Assembly (NCBI GenBank): GCA_963710755.1
Contig: CAVQBK010000003.1
Location: forward strand, 1,056,001-1,120,000
Length of the DNA: 64,000 nucleotides
Source: an uncultured bacterium
Lineage (GTDB): Bacteria; Oederibacteriota; JAAXVQ01; JAUVAV01
Direction of reading: 5' to 3'
Shown here: positions 35,801-45,486 of the stretch, piece by piece
How positions within the stretch are numbered: the first letter of the stretch is position 1
How the letters are laid out: each line of letters starts with the position of its first letter
Translations under genes and position numbers: made by a program
The notes under the pieces: generated by a model
Database searches by the model: none
What the model saw: only the letters and a program-made list of their open reading frames with translations
Told to the model about the DNA's origin: nothing

Positions 35801-37567
35801 ATGCGTTCATGGCTCAGGGTAATGCTCACCCTTTTATTTCTGTCTTTGTCCGGTTTTTCCCGGGGCGCGGACAGCCTTCTGGGAACAGCGGGAAAACTTT
35901 TACAAATCGGGGTAAGCAGCCGCGCTATTGCCATGGGCGAAGCCTATACCGCCGTGGCGGACAATGTAGACGCCCTCTATTGGAATCCAGCCGGATTGGC
36001 CGATGTAAGTCAATTGGAACTGACCTACATGCATAATTTATGGTTGCTGGATATGCAGAACGCCTATTTGGCCTATGCTCAGCCGCTAATTGGCGGTGGT
36101 CTGGGCTTGGGGATCAATTATTTTAATTTCGGTGAGTTTCAAACCTATGATATTGACAGCAACCATTATCCTGTTCCCTTGAATAAAGTCATTACCCCAT
36201 ACAGTGTGGTGATATCCGCAGGCTATGGGATGAACCTCAGTCGCCTGGGTTCTTTGGGTGGCACACTCAAGTTGCTATCGGAAAACGTGGACAATTTCAG
36301 CAGCATGAGCATGGTGCTGGATCTGGGGGTGCAGCTCAAGGACCTTTTTGTGACTGGGCTTAAGGGTGGGGTGATGATTCAAAATCTGGGCACCTCCATC
36401 GAGAACTACAGCCTGCCCTTTAATGTACGCCTCGGTCTGTCCTACCCGTTGCCCTACCTGATTGATGCTGAGCATGATGCTTTTACCATAGCTTGTGATG
36501 GCCGGCTGCCCTTGCCCTTGGACGAGTCCTATTCTGTCAACATGGGCCTGGAATATAATTATCATAATGTGGTTTTTGGCCGAGCCGGCTATAAGTTTTC
36601 TCAAATCAATCAATTGGGCGGTGCTGCCGGATTAAGCGCAGGTGTGGGGGTCAGGCTTTTCAACTTTGCCCTTGATTACGCCCTTTCGCCCATGGGCGCG
36701 TTAGGCTTGGTTCACCGCGTCACTTTATCTGCTCAATTTGAAGTCACAAAAGCAGCAACATCTCCCGAAACACCACGTTATAAAAAGACCAAGCTGGTTC
36801 AACACCGGCAAGCGGTTGGACTGGGATCGAGCCAAACCACTGATTTGAATGATATGATGACCTCACTAACTCGGTTAAGCATGCGCAATCCTATCAGTGT
36901 TGTGGTGGATGCCCAAGTGGATCCCAAGGATCAGTCCAAGATTAAAAAAGCAGTTTTTGAAATCCACATGAACATCAGCAAAGCGGTTAGACGGTGGGGC
37001 TTGAAAATACTCAATGCCAATGGTGACCTGCTGCAAGGCTTCTCAGGGGAAGGGCAACCTCCAAAACTCACCTGGGATGGTAAAAACCGGGATGGCCAGA
37101 TCGTGCCGGAATCAATCTTTGCCACCTATACTCTGGAAATGCTCCTGCAGGACGGCAGTGTGGAAAATCTTAAAGGGAAACTCATGGGCAACCATCAGGA
37201 ACCACAGGCCGCAGAACCTGACCGTAAGACTTTGGAGCCTATTTATTTTGAGGAAAATTCGGCGGATTTGACGCCCGAAGCCATTGAACGTCTGAAGAAG
37301 GCAGCGGAAGAAATAAAAAGCCGCCCCTACGTTAAAATCCTAATCAGCGGACATGCCGATGCTGCCGGGGAAAAGGACTCCAGCTTTTTATTGTCCAAAA
37401 CCAGGATCGACCGTGTGGTGCGCTATCTGACCGCGATTTACAAAATACCCTTGTCCAGCATAGCCACCCGCGCTTTTGGTTTTAAAAAACCTGCTTCCAG
37501 CAACCAGACCGAAGCTGGTCAAGAAAAAAACCGGCGGGTGGAAATTACCATTGTGTATAAAAAATAA
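35801..37567 (+). CDS. PorV/PorQ-like beta-barrel fused to a FlgD-Ig-like domain and an OmpA C-terminal domain
   Basis: Signal peptide; L.IGVSSRAIAMGEAYTAVAD..ALYWNPAGLA; LDYA..LG.VHRVTL; W.LKIL..LTWDGK..G; IYFEENS..SGHAD..NRRVEI. Confidence 0.8.
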   Translation: MRSWLRVMLTLLFLSLSGFSRGADSLLGTAGKLLQIGVSSRAIAMGEAYTAVADNVDALYWNPAGLADVSQLELTYMHNLWLLDMQNAYLAYAQPLIGGGLGLGINYFNFGEFQTYDIDSNHYPVPLNKVITPYSVVISAGYGMNLSRLGSLGGTLKLLSENVDNFSSMSMVLDLGVQLKDLFVTGLKGGVMIQNLGTSIENYSLPFNVRLGLSYPLPYLIDAEHDAFTIACDGRLPLPLDESYSVNMGLEYNYHNVVFGRAGYKFSQINQLGGAAGLSAGVGVRLFNFALDYALSPMGALGLVHRVTLSAQFEVTKAATSPETPRYKKTKLVQHRQAVGLGSSQTTDLNDMMTSLTRLSMRNPISVVVDAQVDPKDQSKIKKAVFEIHMNISKAVRRWGLKILNANGDLLQGFSGEGQPPKLTWDGKNRDGQIVPESIFATYTLEMLLQDGSVENLKGKLMGNHQEPQAAEPDRKTLEPIYFEENSADLTPEAIERLKKAAEEIKSRPYVKILISGHADAAGEKDSSFLLSKTRIDRVVRYLTAIYKIPLSSIATRAFGFKKPASSNQTEAGQEKNRRVEITIVYKK

Positions 37568-37603
37568 ATAGATGCATTATCCCGGGGAAGGCAAGGGCGC
37601 GTC

Positions 37604-38086
37604 ATGATGAGAAAAGGCATCCTATTTTTAATGATCATATCAGCAATAGGAATACGTGCTGCCCTGAGTCATGCTACGTCAACCGCCACGCCATCGTTTA
37701 CACCTCCCCCACTATTCACCATCACCCTTACATTAACACCCGCACGGCCAAGTATGCCAACAGCTGCCAGCAGCAAGAGGCCTATCTGCATTATCACCCC
37801 CTTTGGCCTGGAGCGAAATAAAGTCGTTGCCTATCCCATGCCTGCCAAAGGAGAAACGGTCTGATGCTATTACTAACTGCAAGGTCCGGCGGAAGTGAGC
37901 AGTGATATTTACAAATTACCCCGGGAAAAGGGTGATACCTTAACCTCGGCAACCAGCCAAAGCTGGGAGGCAGAACCGTCTGGGATATCCGGCATGTGAC
38001 CCCGGGTGTTTATTTTTGCCGTGCCCAGCAACGATGATGTGGGCGGGCGCTCCATCGGGCCGCAAAAGCTTACTGTAATTAAATAA
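37604..38086 (+). pseudogene. Disrupted secreted Pro/Thr-linker protein with T9SS-CTD-like C-terminus
   Basis: Signal+PT linker, AYPMPAKGETV*CYY*LQGPAEV..DIYKL; shifted frames give VWDIRHV, PGVYFCR and GPQKLTVIK* (stop 38084-38086). Confidence 0.65.
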
Positions 38087-38178
38087 TCTTCCGCGCTTTC
38101 CTCTTTGGCGGTAGGCAGTGACTGCAACTTCGGTCACCATGGATAATAACGTCTTATTGATCAGGAGCATCTTTCACA

Positions 38179-39822
38179 ATGCTTAAAATCGTTACCACCA
38201 CAGAAATGCAGGCCATAGATCAAGCGGCCTCCGCGGCTCATGGCCTGCCTAGTCAGGTCTTGATGGAAAACGCCGGTCAGGCCCTGGCGCAAATGGCCAG
38301 GACTATTACAGCTCCCTTGGCGAAACCCAGGATTGCCGTGCTGTGCGGGCCGGGTAAAAACGGGGGGGACGGCCTGGTTTGTGCCCGTTATTTGATACAA
38401 GCCCAGGCAGAAGTTGCGGTCTTTTTAACAGGCTCTACCATTAAAAGCAAAGAAGTGCAGGGCAATCTTCGGGCCCTTAAAGCCACGGGCGCAATGGTGT
38501 TTCAAGCCGGCAAGACGATTGGCGCCAACTGGATCGCCATGCTGGAACGTGCGGATTTAATCATTGATGCTCTCCTGGGGATTGGGTTGCAGGGCCAACC
38601 GCGGGAACCTATGGCGGCATTAATTCATGCGGTCAATCAATCCCGGGCCCTGGTCCTGGCAGCGGACGTGCCCACAGGACTTGACGCGGACAGGGGAGAG
38701 GCCAGTGCGGTCACCGTGGCGGCTGATTTTACCCTGACCTTTGGTCTTCCTAAAAAAGGTTTTTTTCAACCTCAGGCCGCACCCTGGGTCGGGCAACTAA
38801 GTGTGGACCCTATTGGTTTCCCGGAGGTGCTGCTCAGTTCCGGTGAAAACGAAGTGGGCTATGTGGATCAAGTGACCGCCAGTCGCCTTCTGCCCAAACG
38901 GGCCGTGAATGCCCATAAAAAAAATACGGGCAAGGTGGCGATCATCGGTGGTTCCGGTGCTTACCACGGGGCAGTGCTGTTGGCGGCCCGCGGTGCCTTA
39001 CGGGTGGGCAGCGGTCATGTGACGCTGGCTTATCCTGATAAACTAAATGTTATTATCCGCGAACACGCTTTGGAAACATTATGCGTGCCTTTGCCTTGCA
39101 ACCGGCATTGTGTGCTCGACAAGAGTGCTTTGCCGGCGATGATGGCCTTGTCGGAAGACAAGGATGCCGTGGTCATTGGTCCGGGCATGGGTTGGGAAAA
39201 ATGCACTCAACAATTGATCCAGGCTTACGTTAGGAAGGTCAAGCGGCCCCTAGCTGTGGTGATCGATGCCGACGCCTTGCACGCCTTGGCCGAAGCCCCT
39301 GCCCCCCTATCCGAGGGGAACGGACCCATACTTATTTTAACACCCCATGAAGGCGAAGCCGCCATATTGTTGGGATGCTCGCCGACGGAGATTCACGCCG
39401 ATCGACCTCGGGCTGCACGGGCTATTGCAGAAAAGTACCGGGCCATCGTGGTATTAAAAGGCCAGCATACGCTGGTGACCGCATCCGGTCACCCTGGTTT
39501 AATTATGGGCAGTGGCACGCAAGCACTGGCAGTGGCAGGTACAGGGGATGTACTCAGCGGTGTGATTGGCTCCCTGGCGGCCCAGAAACTGGCGCCTCGG
39601 GAAGCAGCTCTCCTAGGCAGCTATCTCCATGGCTTGGCCGGCACCTTGGTAAGTCCTGACCCCATAGGGTTGGGGGCCCGGGCAGGAGAAATCGCCGATG
39701 CTTTACTTAAGGCCTTGGCCGTATTGCGTTATCATCCTAAAACATACCAGGCTCAATGGGATCTCCAAAAGCCTGTAGAACTCAAAACCACCAAATCAGC
39801 AAAGGGGAAAGCTAAATCATGA
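38179..39822 (+). CDS. nnr: Bifunctional NAD(P)H-hydrate epimerase/dehydratase
   Basis: LMENAG, CGPGKNGGDG, DALLGIG, DVPTG, IGPGMG, IDADAL, LTPHEGE, AGTGDVLSG. Confidence 0.95.
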   Translation: MLKIVTTTEMQAIDQAASAAHGLPSQVLMENAGQALAQMARTITAPLAKPRIAVLCGPGKNGGDGLVCARYLIQAQAEVAVFLTGSTIKSKEVQGNLRALKATGAMVFQAGKTIGANWIAMLERADLIIDALLGIGLQGQPREPMAALIHAVNQSRALVLAADVPTGLDADRGEASAVTVAADFTLTFGLPKKGFFQPQAAPWVGQLSVDPIGFPEVLLSSGENEVGYVDQVTASRLLPKRAVNAHKKNTGKVAIIGGSGAYHGAVLLAARGALRVGSGHVTLAYPDKLNVIIREHALETLCVPLPCNRHCVLDKSALPAMMALSEDKDAVVIGPGMGWEKCTQQLIQAYVRKVKRPLAVVIDADALHALAEAPAPLSEGNGPILILTPHEGEAAILLGCSPTEIHADRPRAARAIAEKYRAIVVLKGQHTLVTASGHPGLIMGSGTQALAVAGTGDVLSGVIGSLAAQKLAPREAALLGSYLHGLAGTLVSPDPIGLGARAGEIADALLKALAVLRYHPKTYQAQWDLQKPVELKTTKSAKGKAKS

Positions 39823-40289
39823 AACAGTATACCGCCAAGGATGTGATGAACACCACCATCCATTCGGTCACACCCGAGACCAGCGTCAAGGATCTGGTCA
39901 AATTTTTAATGGATCATCAAATTTCCGGCGCACCGGTTATGGATGAGCAGGGACAGCTGGCAGGTGTGGTGACCGAAGGGGATCTGATTTTTCGGGATGC
40001 CAATGTTCACCTGCCCACAGTGGTGGCCATTTTTGATTCCATCATTTATCTGGAAAATCCGCGTAAGTATGAGCATGAACTTCAAAAAATCATTGGCGGA
40101 AAAGTCCGCGATATCATGAGCACGGACCTGCTTACTATAACCCCGGAAACCACCATGCAGGAGATGGCCACTATCATGCATGAAAAGAAACGGCATCTGT
40201 TACCAGTGGTAGATCAAGGCAAAATGGTAGGAATCGTGGGCAAGGCCGACCTGGTGAGAGCCATTGCAAACGAAGAATTTTTTGATTAA
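39819..40289 (+). CDS. CBS-pair protein
   Basis: AKDVM..ISGAPV..GVVTEGDL; VRDIM..LPVVD.GKMVGIV. Confidence 0.92.
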   Translation: MKQYTAKDVMNTTIHSVTPETSVKDLVKFLMDHQISGAPVMDEQGQLAGVVTEGDLIFRDANVHLPTVVAIFDSIIYLENPRKYEHELQKIIGGKVRDIMSTDLLTITPETTMQEMATIMHEKKRHLLPVVDQGKMVGIVGKADLVRAIANEEFFD

Positions 40290-41469
40290 TACCTCCCAAA
40301 TCAACGCGGCCGCTCAAGCGCTTAGGAGGTCTTTGCGGCAATGGCGGCGCCAGATTCACCGCCATCCGGAACTGGGATTTCAGGAACGCCGGACCGCGGC
40401 CCTGGTGGCCAAGGTCTGCCGGCAGGCAGGCTGGACCGTTACCACTGGCATTGCCCAAACCGGCGTGGTGGCACTGTTGGGAGAGAAAGATAAGGGACCT
40501 GTGATTGCCCTGCGGGCGGATATGGATGCTTTGCCGATCCAGGAAACAGGGGCCCGCACCTATGCGTCCCTGGTGCCCAACGTGATGCATGCCTGCGGTC
40601 ATGACGGCAATACCACTATGGCGCTCGGAGCAGCCACCCTATTGGGGCGCTTTCAAGCCCATCTGAAAGGCCGGGTGAAACTCATCTTTCAGCCTTGTGA
40701 GGAATTTCCTCCGGGAGGTGCCAAGGCCATGATTAAAGCGGGGGTGCTGCGCCGGCCAACGCCGGATTTAATTTTGGCGGCCCATATGGATGCCCAATTG
40801 CCGGCGGGTATGGTGGGCCTGAAGCCGGGCATCATCATGGCCAATGTGGGTAAATTTAAAATTACCCTTACCGGCAAGGGCGGACATGGTGCCATGCCAC
40901 ATCGTTGTGTCGATCCGGTCGTGATTGCAGCCCAAGTAATCACCAATCTGCAACATATCATTTCCCGCGAGCGTGATCCCCTGGCCCCTGAAGTTTTAAC
41001 AATTGGTAAATGCGCAGCCGGGTCGGCGTACAACGTCATCGCCCAGGAAGCCATCTTGGAAGGGACCATTCGGTCTCTCACCCCGCAGGAGCGACACCAT
41101 TTGCCTCTTCAGATCAAACGGATCGCCCAGGCTGTTGCCCGGGCCCACCGTGCCCGGGCCGAGGTTTTGATTGAAGATGGGCACCCGGCGTTATACAATG
41201 ACGCCCAGGCCACAGCACTGGTGCACCAAGCCGCAAGTAGGGTGCTGGGGCCAAGGCGGGTGAAGGTCTTTGATCGTCCGGCGATGTCTGGAGAGGACTT
41301 TACCTATTTCGCAGCCGAGCGGCCAGCCTGTTTCTTTCATGTGGGCGGAGGCTTTAAAGAAAAAGATCGCAATTATCCCTGGCATCATCCCTGCTTTGAT
41401 TTTGACGAAATGGGACTGGTCACCGGGACCGCGGTTTTAACCAAAACAGTATTGGACTACCTTGCATGA
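40264..41469 (+). CDS. M20D amidohydrolase
   Basis: HRHPELGFQE, LRADMDALP, MHACGHD, FQPCEE, GKGGHGA.PH, GEDF, HHP.FD. Confidence 0.93.
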   Translation: MQTKNFLINTSQINAAAQALRRSLRQWRRQIHRHPELGFQERRTAALVAKVCRQAGWTVTTGIAQTGVVALLGEKDKGPVIALRADMDALPIQETGARTYASLVPNVMHACGHDGNTTMALGAATLLGRFQAHLKGRVKLIFQPCEEFPPGGAKAMIKAGVLRRPTPDLILAAHMDAQLPAGMVGLKPGIIMANVGKFKITLTGKGGHGAMPHRCVDPVVIAAQVITNLQHIISRERDPLAPEVLTIGKCAAGSAYNVIAQEAILEGTIRSLTPQERHHLPLQIKRIAQAVARAHRARAEVLIEDGHPALYNDAQATALVHQAASRVLGPRRVKVFDRPAMSGEDFTYFAAERPACFFHVGGGFKEKDRNYPWHHPCFDFDEMGLVTGTAVLTKTVLDYLA

Positions 41470-41822
41470 CCTTGAAAAAAACGATAATTCTAATGATGGT
41501 AATCCTTGCCACGGGCTGTGCAGGAATGCCCGTCAGACCGGAGCAGTTGCAAATTACCATTGAACCCCGCCAACTCTCTCCTGGGGCGGTGGTAACCGTG
41601 ACCGTGATTTCGCCGGTGGCCTTGAAAACAGCCAGTGGCCGCTTGGATTTGCCGGGAATGCCCTTGATCCCTTTGAAATCTCTTGATGCAAAAACCTGGA
41701 TTTGGAGAACCCAGATCCCTCTGGAAGCCAGTTGGCGGCCGGGACGCTATCGTATCGTGGTGCAAGGGCTAACCACAACGGGGGAGACCCTGTTTGGAGA
41801 AACGTGGATTACAGCTCCCTAG
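41466..41822 (+). CDS. Small lipoprotein, Ig-like
   Basis: Lipobox LATGC; beta-rich, PGRYRIVV. Confidence 0.7.
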   Translation: MTLKKTIILMMVILATGCAGMPVRPEQLQITIEPRQLSPGAVVTVTVISPVALKTASGRLDLPGMPLIPLKSLDAKTWIWRTQIPLEASWRPGRYRIVVQGLTTTGETLFGETWITAP

Positions 41823-41972
41823 CCAGAGCTGCTTAAAACCAACAGGAGTATAGGTTTCAGGTATTTAAGTATGCCCAAGACCACAGCTTTACCATTGATT
41901 CACAAACCATTCAGTCCATAGCGGCTGTAGAAACGCCTATCAACCCGACGGGGCAGGCATTGCAGGAGGCAA

Positions 41973-42926
41973 GTGTTGAAAAAGGACAATCCATCAAAAA
42001 AATCCGGGCAGCCCGGAGCCAAGAAAAAAACTAAAAAGACAATCTCAGCGGCTGGCCCGCGGCGGACTACAGCCAAAAAAAATAGTGTTGCCAAAGAGCG
42101 GGTCCGGGAAGTTGAAGCACCGAACCATAAGGTCCAGCTTAATGACAACCAAGAGACTGAAAAAGCACAAGATTTGTCCGTTGATTTGCAGGCCAGCCGG
42201 CGGTTTTGGCTGGCCGTACTGGGGGCCGTAGTGGTAATTTTAGTGGTCGTGCAAAGTTATGGCTACCTTACCGGCTGGGGTGACCCGCAAAAGGTCATTG
42301 ACCGTCATTTCAATCAGGCTCAGCGGATGACCATGGCCAAACGCTACGCCGCAGCTATTCATGAATATGAAAAAGTAGTGGCCATGAAAAGTACTGGTGA
42401 TGAGATCAAGCAGCAAGCCTTGGTGGGCATTGCTGATTTGTATCGTGAACAAAAAGATTGGGAAAAAGCCATTCGTTATTATCAAACCCTGCAACAACAG
42501 CAAGCCGAGGGCGTGATGGCCGCCTGGGCTGGATTGAAGATAGGCGAATGTCAAGTCGAGGCCGGGCAAGCAGCACAAGCATTGGCAACCTACTCGTTGA
42601 TTAGAGAAAATTATCCTGACTCTGATTGGGATGCTGAAGCCAGACTCGGCCAAGGGCAGGCTTACGAAGCACTTAATCAATATAAACAAGCCATGCAGGT
42701 TTATCAGGACCTGGAAAAGGATTATCATGGCGGGTTTCTGGCTGCAGAAGCCATGATGCAGGTCGGCCATTGCTATGAACAGCTGGGCCAGAAAGATAAA
42801 GCCCGGACTATATATCAACAAGTGATAGCAAGTTATCCTGACACCATGGCCGATGAAGCTAAAAAGCGTTTACAAAAACTCTCCTATACCCTGGGGCCCA
42901 ATGGCATACGGGAGTGGAAAAAATAA
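41973..42926 (+). CDS. Membrane-anchored TPR protein (BamD/CpoB-like repeats) with basic N-terminus
   Basis: Lys-rich cytoplasmic N-terminus, one TM, TPRs with YPDSDW.AEA and YPDT.A.EA. Confidence 0.75.
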   Translation: MLKKDNPSKKSGQPGAKKKTKKTISAAGPRRTTAKKNSVAKERVREVEAPNHKVQLNDNQETEKAQDLSVDLQASRRFWLAVLGAVVVILVVVQSYGYLTGWGDPQKVIDRHFNQAQRMTMAKRYAAAIHEYEKVVAMKSTGDEIKQQALVGIADLYREQKDWEKAIRYYQTLQQQQAEGVMAAWAGLKIGECQVEAGQAAQALATYSLIRENYPDSDWDAEARLGQGQAYEALNQYKQAMQVYQDLEKDYHGGFLAAEAMMQVGHCYEQLGQKDKARTIYQQVIASYPDTMADEAKKRLQKLSYTLGPNGIREWKK

Positions 42927-43289
42927 CGATCAAGTCTAAATGGTTAGATTCTATGGTTCCAAGATCCACGTTTTTTTGCAAAGCAATCCTTAGCTGGCGC
43001 ACATAGGTGAACCATGAAAATAATTCCTGTTTTTATATCAGAGGAATTTTCTCCCTTGAGATAACCGTACCGGGCACAAACGGGAGGCGGGGGGCGAAGT
43101 GGCCAATGTGGGCGCTCTTAGGTCATCGGCGTTAATAGGCTTCGCGTCGTCTTGTTGTCCGAAAATCTACCTCTGCTAACGTTATTTCCGGCGTTGCCGG
43201 TTTAGATTAAAGCTGGATAAATAAGCATAGCTCCAGCCTTGGGCGCGACCATTTGTTCCGTCCTCAGCATCCGGGATAGGAAAAAACCA

Positions 43290-44297
43290 ATGCACGATCT
43301 TTCATGGCAGGAAAATAAGGTTATTACTCATATAAAAAAGAGAACAACCAAGCAACGTTTCCACCAGCAACGTATTGGCTTGGGCGACGATGCTCTGGCC
43401 TTCGATACTCGCGGCCGGACCACGCAGTTGGTCACCATGGATAGCATGGTGGAAAATATTCATTGGAAAAGTGCCTGGTGTTCTCCAGCGGAAGTAGCTG
43501 AAAAATTGGTGGCGGTTAATGTTTCCGACATGGCCGCCATGGGCGGGATTCCACAACGGGCTTTTTTAACAGCTTCCATTCCCCGCTATGTTCGTCAGCA
43601 AGTGGTCAATCAATTTCTGGACAGGCTAGTCAAAGCGTTGAGCCATTATGCTATTGATCTGGCTGGAGGGGACACGACAGCTTCTCCGGGAGCATGGATG
43701 TTGACGCTGACACTTCAAGGCCAAAGCCGGGGCCAACGGATCTTGACCAGGGATCAGGCCAAACCAGGAGATATGATTTTATTGACCGGCCATGCCGGTG
43801 CAGCGGCAGCTGGGCGGTTTCTGCTGGATAAACCTATAGTTAAGCAACAACCATGGCGCCAAACCTTGATCAACCGTTTTCTTTATCCTGAGCCGCGCCT
43901 CGAAGCCAGCCGTCTGTTGCTGTCCTCCCGCCGCGTGCAAACCGCCATGGACAGCTCTGATGGACTAGCCCGTGACTTGCGGCAGCTTGCAGCCAGCAGC
44001 CGGGTGGGTGCCGTGCTTTATGCTACGAATGTGCCCTTGTCCGTGGCCACCCGTATGGCGGCTCGTTATTATCACCGCGATCCTCTGGAATGGGCCTTAA
44101 CTGGGGGGGAGGATTATGAACTGCTTTTCACCTGTGCGCCCAAAGATGTTGGCCCAGTTATGGACCTTATGCAGCAGGGAACCCAACTTTCATGCACTAT
44201 CATCGGAGAGATCAAGGAGCGCCAAGCAGGCCTGAAGTTGCTGACGGCCACTGGTCAAAGAAATCCCTTGCCCCAAGGATTTGAACATGGCCGATGA
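43290..44297 (+). CDS. thiL: Thiamine-monophosphate kinase
   Basis: GLGDDA, VNVSDMAAMGG, AGGDT, AMDSSDGL, GGEDYELLFT. Confidence 0.95.
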   Translation: MHDLSWQENKVITHIKKRTTKQRFHQQRIGLGDDALAFDTRGRTTQLVTMDSMVENIHWKSAWCSPAEVAEKLVAVNVSDMAAMGGIPQRAFLTASIPRYVRQQVVNQFLDRLVKALSHYAIDLAGGDTTASPGAWMLTLTLQGQSRGQRILTRDQAKPGDMILLTGHAGAAAAGRFLLDKPIVKQQPWRQTLINRFLYPEPRLEASRLLLSSRRVQTAMDSSDGLARDLRQLAASSRVGAVLYATNVPLSVATRMAARYYHRDPLEWALTGGEDYELLFTCAPKDVGPVMDLMQQGTQLSCTIIGEIKERQAGLKLLTATGQRNPLPQGFEHGR

Positions 44298-44745
44298 ATT
44301 GGATCGACTTAAAACAACCTGGCCGCAGGTATTTGCAACCGCTAATGAGGCGGAAACTGAAGCTCTGGGATCGCGGTTAAGCGCGCTGTTTCGAGCCGGC
44401 GATGTTATTGCCCTGCATGGTGACCTTGGCGCAGGAAAAACATGCTTGGTTCGAGGCATGGTCGCGGGTTTGGGGGGCAGGGACACGGTGAACAGTCCTA
44501 CCTTTACCCTGATCAACCAATATCAGGGCCGTTTGCCCATTTACCATGTTGATCTTTACCGTCTGGAAGGCTTACTGGAAATGGAAGATCTGGATTTGGA
44601 AGATTATTTCTTTGGGTCCGGCATATGCATGGTGGAATGGGCGCAGAAAATTAGCCGCCTGCTGCCGCCGTCTTATTGGTCCATCAGCCTGAATATTAAG
44701 TCGTCCACGGACCGCTCCATCACTGTCGACAAAATAAGTCAATAA
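44287..44745 (+). CDS. tsaE: tRNA t6A biosynthesis ATPase
   Basis: GDLGAGKT, VNSPTFTL, HVDLYRL, VEW. Confidence 0.95.
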   Translation: MADELDRLKTTWPQVFATANEAETEALGSRLSALFRAGDVIALHGDLGAGKTCLVRGMVAGLGGRDTVNSPTFTLINQYQGRLPIYHVDLYRLEGLLEMEDLDLEDYFFGSGICMVEWAQKISRLLPPSYWSISLNIKSSTDRSITVDKISQ

Positions 44746-44802
44746 ATCACCGCACAGATGATGTCGCAAAGGATGATAAAGTAATAATATAATGAGGTTA
44801 TC

Positions 44803-45480
44803 ATGATCTTAGGACTCGACACATCTACCGACTATTTAAGTCTGGCAGTGGAAGACCAGGGAAAAAGCTTGTTTGACTATCAAGATAAGCACGGCAAGCG
44901 TCACGGTGAGATCTTGGTGCCCAAAGTGGCTGAACTACTTTCCCGTCATGGTATTCATTCTCAGGACTTGAGCGGCATTGCCCTTGGTTTGGGACCAGGG
45001 TCCTTTACCGGCGTGCGCGTGGGTGTCGCTGCTGCCTTGGGACTGGCCCAAAGTCTGGAGCTGCCCATAATGGGGATCTCCAGCTTCAAAGTCATAGCTT
45101 CTGCTCTTCAAGCCGGAAAGGTTCTGGTTGTAGGAGATGCCCGACGAGGTCTATTTTATGCTGCTGGTTATGAGTTCACTCCTTCCGGACTTATGCCGTT
45201 TCTGCAGGAATCTCTGGTGGATCTTGATGCCCTCGTCCGGGTGGCAAGTTCAAAAGATACGGTGCTAACCGGACCGCAGGCCGCTGAAGTTTACAGCCTT
45301 CTGCAGCTTCCATGCCCTAATCTTCGTTTAGCGCCAGCTACTTACTACTGGCCACAAGCCTTGCATTTGATCAATTTGGCTAAGTCATCCTTGGCCAGTG
45401 GCGGTGTCCCTTATACCCAGATCGATCCCATCTATTTGCGCAAGACCCAGGCTGAAGAGATGAGAGAAAAAAAGGGTTAA
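44803..45480 (+). CDS. tsaB: tRNA t6A biosynthesis protein TsaB
   Basis: ILGLDTST, GPGSFTGVRVG, DARR, PIYLR..AE. Confidence 0.95.
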   Translation: MILGLDTSTDYLSLAVEDQGKSLFDYQDKHGKRHGEILVPKVAELLSRHGIHSQDLSGIALGLGPGSFTGVRVGVAAALGLAQSLELPIMGISSFKVIASALQAGKVLVVGDARRGLFYAAGYEFTPSGLMPFLQESLVDLDALVRVASSKDTVLTGPQAAEVYSLLQLPCPNLRLAPATYYWPQALHLINLAKSSLASGGVPYTQIDPIYLRKTQAEEMREKKG

Positions 45481-45486
45481 AGTACC

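Noticed and set aside
37862-37876. TGA at a Trp-like position suggesting a recoded genetic code or readthrough
   Set aside because: TGA ends prfA, cheB, rfaD, ftsK and purQ normally; a TAA and frameshifts follow, so this is a pseudogene
43118-43201. Minus-strand peptide TGNAGNNVSRGRFSDNKTTR resembling ribosomal protein bL28
   Set aside because: No start codon, bounded by stops, only 27 aa, no PN motif; probably chance
42930-43289. TPP riboswitch before thiL
   Set aside because: CTGAGA and ACCTGAT...TAATGC..GCG.AGGGA core not found
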